DNA from: Azolla caroliniana
Lineage: Eukaryota > Plantae > Polypodiophyta
Length of the DNA: 64,000 nt
Assembly: GCA_043228905.1 (NCBI GenBank)
Contig: JBHGNT010000007.1
Span: forward strand, 15,996,001 to 16,060,000
Reading direction: 5' to 3'
Made by a program: the position numbers and the translations under genes. Of the stretch, positions 12,698-26,438 are shown in pieces (position 1 is the stretch's first letter; the number at the start of each line of letters is the position of its first letter). A model generated the notes under the pieces. The model was given only the letters and a program-made list of their open reading frames with translations, searched no databases and was not told the origin of the DNA.

Positions 12698-13044
12698 GGT
12701 CTTTTGAAGGGATGGTATATCTATCCCTATATTTGGCTGGAAAACTCCAACTTTTCAAATGGCGAGCGCATGTGTCTAGAGTTATCATAGTTCTGGCTCC
12801 ACTTATGATTGCACTATTAGTAGGCCTTTCCCGAGTCGATGACTATCGACATCATTGGCAATATGTGTTTGAAGGGGCCCTCATAGTATGCCACCATGGT
12901 CTGTACTATATGCTAATTTCCCTAACATTGTTTCGGCATAAGTTTCATACTCCACACACACACACACACATTGTGTTTTTGCAGGGTCAGGAATGGTAGA
13001 TGTGTGTTACCATCACTTCTTTCCTTCAACCTTCCATGCAACGG
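12698..13044 (+). pseudogene. Lipid phosphate phosphatase (PAP2/LPP) gene fragment, two exons (12698-~12885, 12985-13044)
   Basis: SF.G..YLSLYLAGKL...GLSRVDDYRHHWQYVF contains the PAP2 C3 motif (SRxxxxxHxxxD, D substituted); next exon reads CYHHFFPSTFH; AG acceptors and a GTAAGC donor are present; upstream exons not found. Confidence 0.8.
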
Positions 13045-14001
13045 GTAAGCAACAATAAACTCAATGTTGGTGAGAAGTATAAAATTTAATATGTGGAAGC
13101 TTAGATAAACTGGTTCAGTCGGATAACAACCCTTTAGCACATCAAATCATGTTTGGATGTTGGCCTTTTTCTTCTGGTCGGCTCTGTCCTTCTTGACTTT
13201 GTTGCCGTCGCCGCTTGTTCCAACTTTATCAGATGTGCCGACTTCTTCAATCGACCTGGCTACCTTTTTCTTCTTTTCTCCCCCTGTCTCTCCGGCTCTT
13301 TGTCTGGTGCCATTATTTGTTTACCCGTTCCGTTTTCCTCCTTTCTCCCCCTCAAGTGTGGCATGTCGAGATGTTGAACTTCAAGCATCTTCGAGAAATG
13401 TTGCAACTAAGGATTTTTCATAAAGTAAACATTTTTGTCATGCATACTGTTCAAAAGAAATCTCTTTATGGGTACAAATTAGTAATAGTGGTGTCGTATG
13501 CCATATCATTTAAAAAGTAATCAACAAATTTTATGAGGTGCACTCCATAGATTACGATGTCTCAACCTTAAAGGCAATTGATCTCTTATCACATATGACA
13601 CTGAGTTAGGTAGTGAGTAATAAAATCATGTCAAGACTAATGAAAAAGGGGGTTTAAAACTCCTTTTTTCATGGTTCTATATAGGGAAGTCATTAGTAAA
13701 AGCGTTTGTTCAAATAGGGATGCATACATATATACAAACATATATAAATGTATTGGTACATTGGGTTATACATCAACACGGTCTTTGTCAAAAAGGTGTT
13801 TCTAAACCATTGTGTCCTAGGTTTCATAATGCTACACATCCTTATACCTTTGTATAAAGCTAAGACAATCACATAAGACAACCATAACAATCTATTTATA
13901 AACAATCCTTAGATATTATATACCCAAAGGATTATTGTCACCTTTGGTGCAACAAAGAAAGACTTGAAATGCAAAGTTGGAGAACAATGAAAAGCTATGA
14001 G

Positions 14002-14091
14002 AAAAACAAGATGATGAGATAGAAGAGGTTGATGTTGTCACTTGTTCGCACGTGACAACATCAACCTCTAATATCTCATCATCTTGTTTTT
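14002..14091. repeat. Hairpin with ~40-bp arms at the LINE 5' junction
   Basis: aaaaacaagatgatgagatagaagaggttgatgttgtcac / gtgacaacatcaacctctaatatctcatcatcttgttttt. Confidence 0.9.
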
Positions 14092-15607
14092 TGATGCTAG
14101 CGCAACTTAAGGGCCTAACATGGGGAAAGCTGGCACAAACAAGCCTCCTATCTATAGATGATTGGAGACACATGGCTGTTTTAGGAAGAGCCAAAGAGGA
14201 CCTTTTCCCTCCCCTCAAGGGAGCTACGAAAATGCGGAGACTGATAGTTGAGGCAGTTGACAGGATTCCGATGGGGGAGGCGAGAGAACATGCATGGTTC
14301 GGTCTCTTTGACGAGGTTGGAATGGTCAAGTCGCTAAAGGGTGTGAGCGGATCGGGGAGAGAGTCATTTTTTGGGGACAGTCAAAGCAGGGCCTCTTGGC
14401 ACCCAATCTGAGTGGTGGCACAGGTTGACAACACTTGGAAGATAGACCCGGATGTTGCTAAGTTGGAACCCCATTGGAGGTTAAGGGTATACGGCTATCG
14501 CCCCCTTGTCGATCTGGATTGGGACCCAGAGGATTTCAGATGGAAACATGACAATAGACTCCATCACTTCTTCGATTACACTACTAAATTGGGTCAGACT
14601 TTGTAGCTGCAGCTACGCAGCCCCCTTCGCAATGGCTGGCAAACATTGGGCATCCCCGATGAGGTGCTCATTACCTTTTGGAAGGGTCTCTGGTGTCTCC
14701 ACATGCATGAAAAGATCAAGCTCTTTTGGTGGCAGATCGGTCATAATGTGGTGCCCGTTGGCGAATGGCTAGATAAACGTGGCGGCCTGTTAGGCTGCCC
14801 ACTGTGCTCTCGACCTATTGAGACTCTGAGACATTGTCTGTGGGATCGCTCTCAAGCTCAAAAGGTATGGGAAAGAGTGACTCGCCTCCTTGTGGCATGT
14901 GAAGTTGAAGGAACAACCTCGTGGAGCGCTGCGGCATGGATTGATCACTCGGTCGAAGGGTGGACGGACACCGTCAATGCGGATAGTTGGTGCTATGTAT
15001 GCACGAGAGGCAAAATCGTCAAGATCCGTTTTGAAAGAGGCTTGCAACCCGCATCCCCTAGGTTCCCAGAAATCTAGATGTTGATCGCAGGTTTCACCTT
15101 GTGGTATATATGGAAAGCGCGTTGCCTCAAGGTTTTCCAAGGTACGGTACGACCCCCGGAGGAAGTGATCATGGACATATGGTTCGCGCTTATTAGCTGC
15201 CTACGAGGGCAACTGGAAGAGGTTTTTAGCCACTCCAACGACGTGGTTTCTGCCCGTTTGCGCTTTTGGTAGAAATGGCGGAACACACCTATGGTGATGC
15301 AAGGCGGGAGTGGCCCGAGGTGGAACTACCAGGCCCCACGTTGGCTGTTTCCTACTCACCTGCCACCCTCTCTTTGTTGTAGGCCCCAAGAGCCGACTCG
15401 TACTAGGCAACATTGAAGGGCATCGCCTTAGATATAGGTAGCTTCTTACATTAAGTTAGGCCGCAAGGCATTGTAAGTAGGCTCATTTTCTTTTACTTGA
15501 TCGGAGGAAGACTCCCTGATGTGTGTATAAGTCTCCTTGTAGACTCTCTATGTAATAATCCTTCCTAACTAATGGGAAAGTAGCTTCATTTTGGAGAAAA
15601 AAAGAAA
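14092..15607 (+). mobile_element. 5'-truncated L1-type LINE (C-terminal ORF2 with zf-RVT, A-rich tail)
   Basis: WKGLW..KIKLFWW....CPLC..ETLRHCLW zinc knuckle; TLWYIWKARC motif; A-rich tail 15597-15609; TSD aagaggttgatgtt (14023-14036 / 15608-15621). Confidence 0.88.
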
Positions 15608-17349
15608 AAGAGGTTGATGTTAATGTGATGTAAATGAAGTACATCACTGTTCTCTCCTTACTGAATTAACATTGAATTAAGTTATTCCTCATATTAAATA
15701 GTTTGCCACAATGCACAATAACCAAGATTGCAATTCCATTTATGTGTGGATTAAACTACTACATTCCTCCCATTAGACGAAAGAAGAAATGCATGATAAA
15801 AAAAAAATGTCTCTGTGCACAAAGTGGAAATTTGGGTTGAATGGAGGCTTGAGGATTCATAGGTTTGTGATGTCCATATGAAAGACAAGAATGATGCAAA
15901 TATGAGATATAAATGTATTTTTGGCAATGGAAATATGTAGGGGTATTAGAAAATATCTTTATTCATGAAGGGAAACTTGTATATTATAATAACAAAACCA
16001 TGAGATGAAGTTATATCAAATTTGGGACGTAAACATAAATTTTGTATACAAAATGACAGTGTATGCATATTTTCGCAAAGCTATTTTTTTATGTCAAAAA
16101 AGATAAATGTATTGAATTTGAATTTGTAACAAATCAAACAAATATGATTCCTTCATGAATACAACTTAATACAAAGGCCATCTTTGTCGTTACCAATGAA
16201 AAGTGGAAGGTAGTATGGTTATGTGAGTTACCAATGAAGAGTGGAATGTAGTAAGGTTATGCGAAGATGTAGATTGCAAGGTTTTATTGTAAACACTAGA
16301 ATAATGTTATAGACTCTTGACACGCGTACAAATGTAGATATTGAGAGGCTAAATGCATAACAATGTTGCAAATCTCAATGTATATAAGTTGGGGACGTCT
16401 GCCCCGATTGAATTTGCCTCATAATGATGTTGCAATATACTTCAACAAGTTAATGAAGCTAAAGCATACCTAGTATAATATACTATTCTATTGAACCATG
16501 GATATCATGGTAATCCAAGGATTAGAGTAAAGCACTTCACTTTGATCCCATGTAGAAGAGAGAAAAAAGACTCTAGTCTAGAGTTAGGAACATTGAAAAA
16601 GCACCCTTGGAAAGACCATAGCTTTCCTCCTTACAATTTAAGCGTTGCACTTCTCTTTGTCCTTTTCACATGATGAAGACACAAGATGTTTATATAGGTT
16701 TTAAAAATTCACATTCTTTTGTCAAATGTCAATGCCAATGTTCGGAAAGTGTACGTTGTCAAGCATAAGATGGGAAATTAATAACCCCTTTTGCCGCCGA
16801 CTTGATGAGTGTATTTAGCCTGTTGTTACTTCTTTTCCTTAGTTTCTTTATCGTCTTTAAGTGTACTCTTGTTTTGTATCCAATCCCACTATTGCCCTAG
16901 TTCTCTTCTTGGTTTTGTTCTTTTCCCCTTTGCCCTCTTTGTTTTTGGACATGTGTTAGTGGTTCATCGAGTTTCTTCTTCAATTTGTGCCTCCATCTCT
17001 CCCTCTCTATATACATATGGATTTTAACATTATATAAATGTATGAGAGAAAAAAAGCTATTTCATATTATTTGTGCTTAATCTTAATTAGATTGAAACAT
17101 ATATTCATCCTATGCATAAAAATATTTTGTTCGGGATATGATTTGATTGAGAATTATCACTGTAGGTGATCACGTCAAGAGTCAGATCTTGAATAAATTG
17201 ACCGGACCATAATCACAGTCAAGTCATCAAAGCTCGACTTGCAACGATGAAGACTTAGACGTGGTATTACCAAGAACCCAACATTGACAAACTTAAGGCA
17301 AGTCGAAGATGCCCAAATATGAAATCGGTAACATGATCTTCAACAATAA

Positions 17350-17870
17350 CGATTCTAACCATGGCTTAACGACTTAACGGCTTAACGGTTTAACGGTTTA
17401 GTTCGGTTCAGGTTTACGTTTGTTTTAATGGTTTGGTTTCAGTTATGTTCAGTTTGGGGGTCAACGGTTCGGTTCAAATGGTTTGAAACCGTGTTTTGAA
17501 TGGTTTAAAAGGTTCAAATAGTTGCCACTTGATTATTTTCTTAAATATTTTTCTAAACAACCTTTTTCATTTTTAAGCCTAATTCTCACATTTTAGGAAA
17601 AAAAATATTAAAATTTGAAATATTGAAAGATTTAGAATTTTAAAATTGAACACTGAAATTTCATCTAACTTGAAAACTGGAACAGAACCGTGAAACCACG
17701 GTTTTATTGGTTTAATGGTTTGAAAATCTCTAAAACTGTTGGTTTGAGTTTGGATTTATTTTAACAATTTGGTTTAAATTCTTTCATGGTTTGGTTTGGT
17801 TTGGTTTTTAACGATTTGAATTTGACACCCTCGAACCCAACCCAACCGAATTGAACGATTGAGGATTGTT
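17350..17870. mobile_element. Degenerate MITE-like element rich in (C/T)GGTT/AACC(G/A) motifs
   Basis: Same motif composition as the hAT MITE at 35601-36197; TIR and TSD not resolved. Confidence 0.45.
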
Positions 17871-17889
17871 AAATCCAAAAGCTTGCCCT

Positions 17890-18880
17890 GATCACTCTAC
17901 AATGCGTTTGGTGTACCCATCATGTGGACACCAATAGTTCAGAAGGTCCATGAATTGGAAAATGATAAGTCTTGCGAGTCAATTCGGTAGAAGAACCAGA
18001 CTGTGAGGTCAGTTACAATGACTACATGTCACCATCATTATGCGTTCATGCTGAAGGAGGCAACTGTTCAAGAACCAAAAAGCTTCGCCGAAGAAACTCA
18101 ACATCCCCAATGGAGGAGATGTAAGCATTGTTCAACAGTGACACATGGGACCTTGTTCCATCCTCAGAGGAAAAAGACGACAATTAGTTGCTGATGGGTG
18201 TACAAAATTAAGTACAATGCTGATGGCACCATCAAGCGATACAAAGCTCGACATGTAGCAAAAGGCTACGCTCAAATAGACAGGATTGACTACAAGGAGA
18301 CCATTGCTCTAGTGGCAAATATCTCAACAATATGCACTATACTAGCGATCACGACAACTAAAGGGTGCAGTCTTCGCTAGATGGACGTGAAGAACGCTTC
18401 CCTCTAGGGGGAGATGGAAGAAGAAGTGTAAATGCTACAACTTCTTGCATTTAAGTCTAACGTATCCCGACGTGCAATATGTTGACTAAAGAAGTCTCTG
18501 TATGGCTTGAAACAAGCTCCAAGGGCGCGATATTCGAAGATAACACAACATCTTCATCGAATCAACTTTGAAGTTTCAAAATATGACAACTCATTGTACT
18601 ATGTTTCAAATAGTAATCATCTTGTATGTTAAAGACCTAGTTATATGAAGAGAAAGCCTTGAGGAGATCAAGTAGATGAAAACATAGCTTTCTAGCAAGT
18701 TTGAGATGAAGAATATGGATGAGCTCCATTACTTCTTGGTAATTGATGTCATCTGAACACCGAACAGGATCTTACTCGCACACCACCTGTTACATTTTGA
18801 ACTTGCTATTCAAATTCAACATGGTTAAGTGTAAGCCCATCTCGACCCCTCTTGATTGCAACATAAAGTTGCACGAATAC
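17890..18880 (+). pseudogene. Highly degenerate copia RT fragment
   Basis: YKIKYNADGTIKRYKARHVAKGYAQ; MDVKNA; YGLKQAPR. Confidence 0.85.
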
Positions 18881-18901
18881 TATGGAAACACGTTTTCTTG
18901 A

Positions 18902-19443
18902 TGTGGGGTGCACATAGGAGGAAATAAATTAAACTACAAATATAAAAAGGTTGAATGATAAAGCTAAGGTGTGGTATGAAGGACAAGTAACATGTTGCAT
19001 TTAATTTAAACACTAAAAAAGACTTTGCTCAATTGCGAAGAGATTGGGTAAAGAATCAAGAGATGGATTCTATGCAGCGGAAGAGATTTGAACTGTGTGT
19101 GTGTATGAGAGAGAGAGAGAGAGAGTGAGAGAGAGAGACAAGGAATAAGACACAGAGAATACGCAAGGTAAAGTATATTAACAAAGGAGAAAGACTCAAC
19201 ATTGTACAAGGTGGGAGGAGGGTGCTTTATATAGTCACCCTCTCACTTCATTAACTACAAGACTCATGGAGCATGGTGAATGTGAAAGCTCACAAGTTAT
19301 GTGTCATAGAATATGATTCTATGACTCATACTAAATGCTAGAATAAAAAGTGGTGACATAATGGTGACTCTTGACCGTTGGAGTGTCTATTCACTCTCAA
19401 GGTGAGTTCACACACTAGACCAAGTTGAACTTGATTCTCAACA
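18902..19443 (-). repeat. Copia-type 3' LTR (minus), with PPT at 19444-19455
   Basis: Ends ..ctcaaca followed by tgccccctcaag (purine tract on minus); related inverted copy at ~41397-41860. Confidence 0.7.
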
Positions 19444-21104
19444 TGCCCCCTCAAGCTCAAGTCAGGTCACTTTTCAGACGGTATCCGATATCCGCTTCAA
19501 CTCGCATTCCGGACTCCGCGTCGACTCGTGTCGACTCGCATTTATGCGAAGTTGCGGAATCCGTGCTCTAGCTTGCGTTGTGCATATACCGAACTTGTAT
19601 AACAAGTTGAGGATGTAGTGTCGTTGAGAGACCATGATTCCGGCCGGGGATTGAATTACCTCGATGTCGAGGAAGTAGTGGAGCTTCTTCATGTCCGTCA
19701 TCTCGAACTTGTCGGAAAGGAGGGATTTGACCTTATTGATTTCGATGAGATGCTCACCTCCAATGACTAGGTCATCCACATATAAGATGATGACAAGTGG
19801 ACTTGTGGAATCGCTTGGTATGTAGAGGGAGTTGTCTGATTTTAACACACGGAAGCCGATTTGATGAAGACATTGCGTTATCTTTGAATGCCAAGCACGC
19901 GGTGCTTGCTTGAGGCCGTAGAGTGGCTTCTTGAGTCGGCATACAAATTTCAAATGAGTGCTCGAGTTGAAGCCGGGTGGTTGTATCATGTACACCTCCT
20001 CTTCTAATTCTCCTTGTAGAAAGGCGTTCTTAAAGTCCATTTCATGGAGGTGCCACCCTTTCGCCGCGACAAGCGCAATTATGGTCCGTACCGTTGTCAT
20101 CTTTGCCACTGGGGCAAAGGTCTCCTCGTAGTCAACTTCATGCGTTTGTGCGTAGCCTTTTGCTATGAGTCGCGCTTTGTAGCGGTTGACGGAACCGTCG
20201 GCGTTGCACTTCACTTTGTAAATCCATCTGCATCCAATCGCCTTTTTGTGTGGTGAGGTGGGAACGAGATCACACGTCTCATTCTTGCGGCGTGCCTGCA
20301 TCTCGTCGTTCATGGCTTCGATCCATCACGGATCCTTGGCTGCTTTGGAAAATGTTTCCGGCTCACGTACTATCGCCATCTTCATCATAAAGGCATAGTG
20401 ATATGCCATGTAGTCATTGTAGCCGAATCGACTGACTGAATTCTTTTCACGGGTGGAGCGACGGAGCTTTTCATTTGCAGATATGAGGGCTTTCTCAGCT
20501 CCGATTGGTACATCGAAGCCGCCGAACTCACTGCCGAGTGAGTGAGTTGACTCATCGTCATCGAAGCGATCGTCTTCGCATTCCGACATTTTCGCCTTGC
20601 CTTTGTCCATCTTCGGGCTAGGCCGTGATGTGCTTTGATCGCTCAAAGGCTCTTGTGGTCCGCTCAATCGGGTCGTGATCGGACTTTCTTCGAACATGCG
20701 CGTAAGATGATCTTCATCCTCTATCTCTTGTTCAGCGGATTCCGGGTCGAGCGGAGTCGGAGTCGAAGTTGTTTCTGGTGCGTACTAGGATGCAAACTTG
20801 TCAAATAAGACGTCTCGACTTACTCGAGATTTTCGAGTTGAGGGGTTGTAGCACTTGTGCACTTTTACCCCTTTTGCTCCAGTGAGTTCCTACGAGGATA
20901 CATTTCACTGACTTTGGGTCAAGCTTTTGACGCTTCTCGTCGGGGATGTGCACGTATGCTATTGCGCCAAATATCCGGGTGTGCGATAAGTCTGGCTTCT
21001 TACCGAAGTATTTTTCGTGTGGAGTGACCTCGTGCACTCCGGATGTTGTGTACCGGTTCATGAGGTAGACGACCGTATTTGCAGCTTCGGCCCAATATGA
21101 CTTG

Positions 21105-24100
21105 TGTTAAGAAAATGTGAAGAAGGCACTCGGGCTCTTCTTATGTGCGCGGCGGATTGTGGTGTGCTAGATTGTTTGGTGCTCAAACATAGAAGGGAAG
21201 GGGGAAGGAGACTTACCTCTGTAGCAGCCAAAACTTCTTCTATTTCATTACACACAGAGCTCTACTTGCTCTCGTCTGTTTCTCTCTTCTACTCTCACTC
21301 TCTGAGTTCTTCCTCTCTCTCAGAGTTCTACTTCCTGTATATTTCTTATTTACCTACTCTCTTACTTTTTACCTAAGTAATAAGTTACTTACATATGCAG
21401 CTAATTACCTGTCAGTAGCTAATTAGCTGTTTCTCCTTTATGTTCACAAGTAGCTAAATAGCTACTATAGCTTATTTCCCAATAAGCATCACATACCATG
21501 TTGAGCTTGCTTCTCAACACTCCCCCTCAAGCTCAACTTATCCTTTCTTGGGGTTATCTACAACTTCTTTTCCATGATGCTTTTCAGCCATCATATCAGT
21601 GTCTACAACTCCCATCATGTTCCGAAACTGTGTATGCTTTTCCACACTCAATCCCTTTGTGAGAATATCAGCAACCTGCTGAATTGTATTCACATACACC
21701 AGATCAACTTCTCCTTCAATCACTTTTTCTCTAACAAAGTGATAATGCACTTCAATGTGCTTTGTTCTTGCATGGAACACTGGGTTTTTTGCAAGCTGAA
21801 TGCTGCTCATATTGTCACACCAGATTGTGACAATACCATCTATATACTCTCCCAAATCTGCAAGCAATCTTCTGATCCATACCTCTTCACAAGTGGCTAT
21901 GGCGGCTCCTTTGTACTCAGCTTCAGTACTAGACAATGCAACAATAACTTGTTTCTTGCTACTCCATGAAATACCTGCACTTCCCAGTGTAAACATATAT
22001 CCACTTGTGCATCTTCTATCTGTTTGGCTTCCAGCCCAATCAACATCTCTATATCCTTCCAGATTTATGTCCAAATCAGCCTTGTAAAACAATCCATAGT
22101 TCTGAGTAGCTTTTACATACCTTAGAATTCTTCTAATGCAGTCCAAATGCGGCTTTATTGGCTGTTGCATAAATTGGCTGACTAATCCAACTGCATAACT
22201 CAAATCAGGTCTTGTTATGGTCAAATAAATAAGGCTGCCCACCATAGACCTGTACATGTTTACATCTTCTATTTTGGCTCCTAAATCAACCCTCAATTTG
22301 TAGTTTTTATCTAGAGGTACTCCAATAGGTTTGCATCCAAGCATACCATACTTTTTCAACATAGTTGTTGCATATTGTCTTTGCAACACATATATACCAC
22401 TTTCAGATCTGATGATTTCAATACCCAAAAAATATCTCAGATCTCCCAAATCTTTCATATGAAACTGCATTTCCAAATTTCTTTTCAGCTTACTTATTTC
22501 ATCCATGGAATCACCTCCAATGATGAGATCATCAACATAAATCAGAATCAAATAATACAATCATCTTTCCTTTTAACATACAATGATGAATCAGCCTTTG
22601 ACATTTTGAAGTCAAGTTTTTTCAGATAATCTGAAAGTTCTCTGTGCCATGCTCTTGGTGCCTGTTTCAGTCCATAGAGAGCCTTTTTCAGCTTACATAC
22701 ATAATCTGGATGCTTCCTATCTTCAAAACCTGGTGGTTGACACATAAACACTTCTTCTTCCAAGTTACCATGTAAAAAGGCATTTTTTACATCCATATGA
22801 TGAAGAAACCATCTTCTGCCTGCACCTACAACCAATAATGTCCTCAATGTTGCCATCTTTGCAACCGGTGCAAATGTCTCATCATAATCAATTCCTTGCA
22901 TTTGGGCATATCCCTTTCCAACCAATCTTGCTTTATGTCTACTTACATTCCCACTAGAATCATGCTTTATCTTGTAGACCCATTTGCAACCTACCACATT
23001 TTTTCCTTTTGGTAACTTCACCTAATCCCATGTTCTGTTTTCAGCCAATGCATCAATCTCTTCTTGCATTGCATCCACCCATTTCTTCTCAGTTTTAGCC
23101 TCATCAAAACTACTTGGATCAGGGATCTGTACCACTTTAGAAATATATGCATAATACATAGCCATATATGTATCATAACCAAATCTTTCAACAATTTTTT
23201 TCTCTCTATCTGATCTTCTCAGTTTCTGATTTGCATCCTTCAATGCTTTTTCCATACCAAGGATTTTCAATCCTCTTATACCAAGAAAATCATCCAATGA
23301 CATATCTGAATCCTCATCTTCCATGTTTTTAGACAAGTCATCCAACATTTCATACTCTGGCATTTTCTGTTTTCCTTTTTTATCATCACATTTTTTGTGT
23401 CCTCCACTTTTTCCACTCCAAGAATTCGAATTAGATTTACCATCTGAGCTTTTTGATGGTCCAGAACATTCTGTTGATGTTGGACTTTGCTGTCCAACCT
23501 TGCTTCCATCTCTGTGGCAGTCTTCTACATTTTCAGATTTGTCTGTCTTCGATCTCATTGTCTTCATCAGTCTCTGGGGTCTGTTTTGGACTGTACCAGC
23601 TGGCTAACTCATCAAAGATTACATCCCTACTTGTCACAATCTTCTTTGTTACAGGGTTATAGCATCTATACCCTTTTTGTTCTTCTGAATAGCCAACAAA
23701 AATACATTTTTCTGCTTTTGGATCCAGCTTAGTTCTTACTTCTGCAGGCACATGTATATATGCAAGGCATCCAAACACTTCTAAGTGTTCTAAACTAGGT
23801 TTCTTTCCATAGAAACACTCTTCAGGAGTTGCTTCATGTACTCCCGATGTTATACATCTATTTAGAATATAATTTGCTGTATTTACAACTTCTGCCCAAT
23901 AGTACAATGACATATTCTTCTCTGTCATCAAAGCCCTTGCAATGTTCACCAATGTTCTATTTTTCCTCTCAGCAACTCCATTTTGCTGTGGAGTATATCT
24001 ACATGTGAATTGTCTTCTTATTCCTTGATTGCATAGAAAATCAGAAAATTCATTGGAGAAATACTCTCCTCCTCCATCAGATCTTAAACATTTTATTCTT

Positions 24101-26438
24101 GTACCTGCTTGCTTTTCTACCATGCATTTAAACTTATGAAAACATTCAAACACTTCACTTTTCTCTTTCATGAAGTACACCCATGTTTTCCTTGAGCAAT
24201 CATCAATAAAAGTTACATAGAATCTGCAACCACTGATAGATGCATTCTTAGTTGGTCCCCATACATCCGTATGTACCAAATCCAACAAATTTTTACTTAC
24301 ATGTCTTTCATGAGGGAATGGCAACCTATTTTGCTTTCCATATTGACATGCTTCACATATCTTTCTTATTTCACAATTTTTCAGTTTTGGCAGTCCAGCC
24401 ACTGCATCTTTTCTCAATCCTTTTATGCCACATTTCCACATGTGAGACTACACTCATTCCATTTGCAAACATAGCTGAAATCTGTCTAGGCATGTCAACA
24501 TCCAAAATAAACATCCTTCCTTGTTGTTTTCCTTTTGCAATGAGCTTCCCATTCTTTTCTATATAGCATCCACTTTGCTTAAACTTTACTTGCATACCTT
24601 GCTCTACTATCTGTCCAACAGAAATAAGATTCTTAGCAAGATTTGGAACATGCATTACATTCAACATATACTTAGTCTTTCCTTTTTCTTCCCACAATGG
24701 GATATCTCCAACATGTTCGATTTGGTGAGTACTATTATCACCCGTCTGTACATAACCAGGAATCTCTGCTTCTCTTAACCTTTCAAACCAGTTTGCATGT
24801 CCAGTCATATGGTTAGATGCCCCCGAGTCTACATACCATGTAAACTCTTCATTACATTTCTGTGAGCTTTCAGCCACTGCTGCTATCTCATGTTGTACCA
24901 CAAATGCACCATCTTTTTCACAATCTTCACTAGTTTGGGCATAGTTATTCTGCTGTCTCTTTCCTCTTTCCTCATCATTTTGCTTCTTGTAACATTCAGC
25001 CTGTGTGTGGCCTAGTTTTCCACAATACCAACAACCATCATCATTTAAATATGTTTGCTTACCTCTCCCTTGGTTGCTCCCCCTGCCTCTGTTGTTGTTT
25101 CTTCCTCAAATGGTTTGTTTTCCTCTTCCTTGATAACCATTATTGTTGGTTCTTGTTGAGCCAAATCTTTCATGGCCTCTTCCTCGGCCTCTTCTAGCAC
25201 TATTATATAGGGCTTGCCCCTCATTCTCAAGATTTTGTTTATTTACATCATCCATCTGATTCCTTTCTTCTACTACAAGCATTGAAACCAGATCTGGAAA
25301 ACTTGGGATACTATCCCTTGTAAGCATAGAGGTTTTAAAGCTTTTGCATTGAGGTCCTAAGCCTCTCAAGCATATTTCTACCTTATCATCATCTTCTATC
25401 TTTACATTGATAGAAGCAAGTGATTCACATATGCTCTTTATTTTCAAAGCATACTCATTTATTGACATCTTACCTTTTTCTAAGGTATTTAGCTTAGTCT
25501 TCAACTGTAGCTTTCTAGCTTTTGTGTTTACTGCAAATAGTTTTACCAAACTATCCCAAGCTTCTTTTGGGAGCATAGCATCCTGTATGTGCCCAAGCAT
25601 CGAATCTGAGATGCTAAGTGAGAGCCAATGCATTACCTTCCTTGCCCCTTGATTCCAATCTTTGAATGCTTTAATCTATGCTGTTGTGTCATTTTCTTTT
25701 GGGATCTTTGGAGCCTCTTCTAGGTCTCCTTCAATGTAATCCCAGTATCCTTTCCCCATCAGGAAGTTTGTCATTCTAAATTCCCACACCAGGAAATTGT
25801 TTTTATCTAGTTTCTCTGTAACTATTTGGATCTTATTCTCTGCAGCCATTATCTCTTCCAAACTAGGGTTTCTACTACGATTACTTCAACAAGTAACTTT
25901 CTGATTCAGATCAGCAAACAGAGAAATACCTTTCTCAGATCTATGCACTTCTGTACTCTTCTTTATGAGCAACTCGCTCTGATACCATGTTAAGAAAATG
26001 TGAAGAAGGCACTTGGGCTCTTCTTATGTGCGCGGCAGATCGTGGTGTGCTGGATCGTTTGGTGCTCAAACACAGAAGGGAAGGGGGAAGGAGCCTTACC
26101 TCTGTAGTAGCCAAAACTTCTTCTATTTCATTACACGCAGAGCTCTACTTGCTCTCGTCTGTTTCTCTCTTCTACTCTCACTCTCTGAGTTCTTCCTCTC
26201 TCTCAGAGTTCTACTTCCTGTATATTTCTTACTTACCTACTCTCTTACTTTTTACCTAAGTAATAAGTTACTTACATATGCAGTTAATTAGCTGTCAGTC
26301 GCTAAATAGCTGTCAGTAGCTAATTAGCTATCAATAGCTAATTAGTTGTTTCTCCTTTATGTTCACAAGTAGCTAAATAGCTACTATAGCTTATTTCCCA
26401 ATAAGCATCACATACCATGTTGAGCTTGCTTCTCAACA
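21105..26438 (-). mobile_element. Full-length Ty1/copia LTR retrotransposon, relatively young
   Basis: Highly similar LTRs 21105-21519 and 25988-26438; perfect TSD acttg; PBS TGGTATCAGAGC (25976-25987, minus); PPT 21520-21530; domain order gag-PR-INT-RT-RH. Confidence 0.97.
21538..25861 (-). pseudogene. Copia gag-pol polyprotein with a few frameshifts and stops
   Basis: EKLDKNNF (gag); WYVDSGASNHMT (PR); LVHTDVWGP, LRSDGGGEY, PQQNGVAER (INT); YVDDL (RT); [17 protein letters not shown] (RH). Confidence 0.93.

Noticed and set aside
16189-16264. 38-bp direct duplication
   Set aside because: Two copies only; ordinary slippage with no associated structure.
17350-17870. Telomeric repeat relic
   Set aside because: The motifs are GGTTT/CGGTT pentamers typical of hAT subterminal regions, not TTTAGGG.
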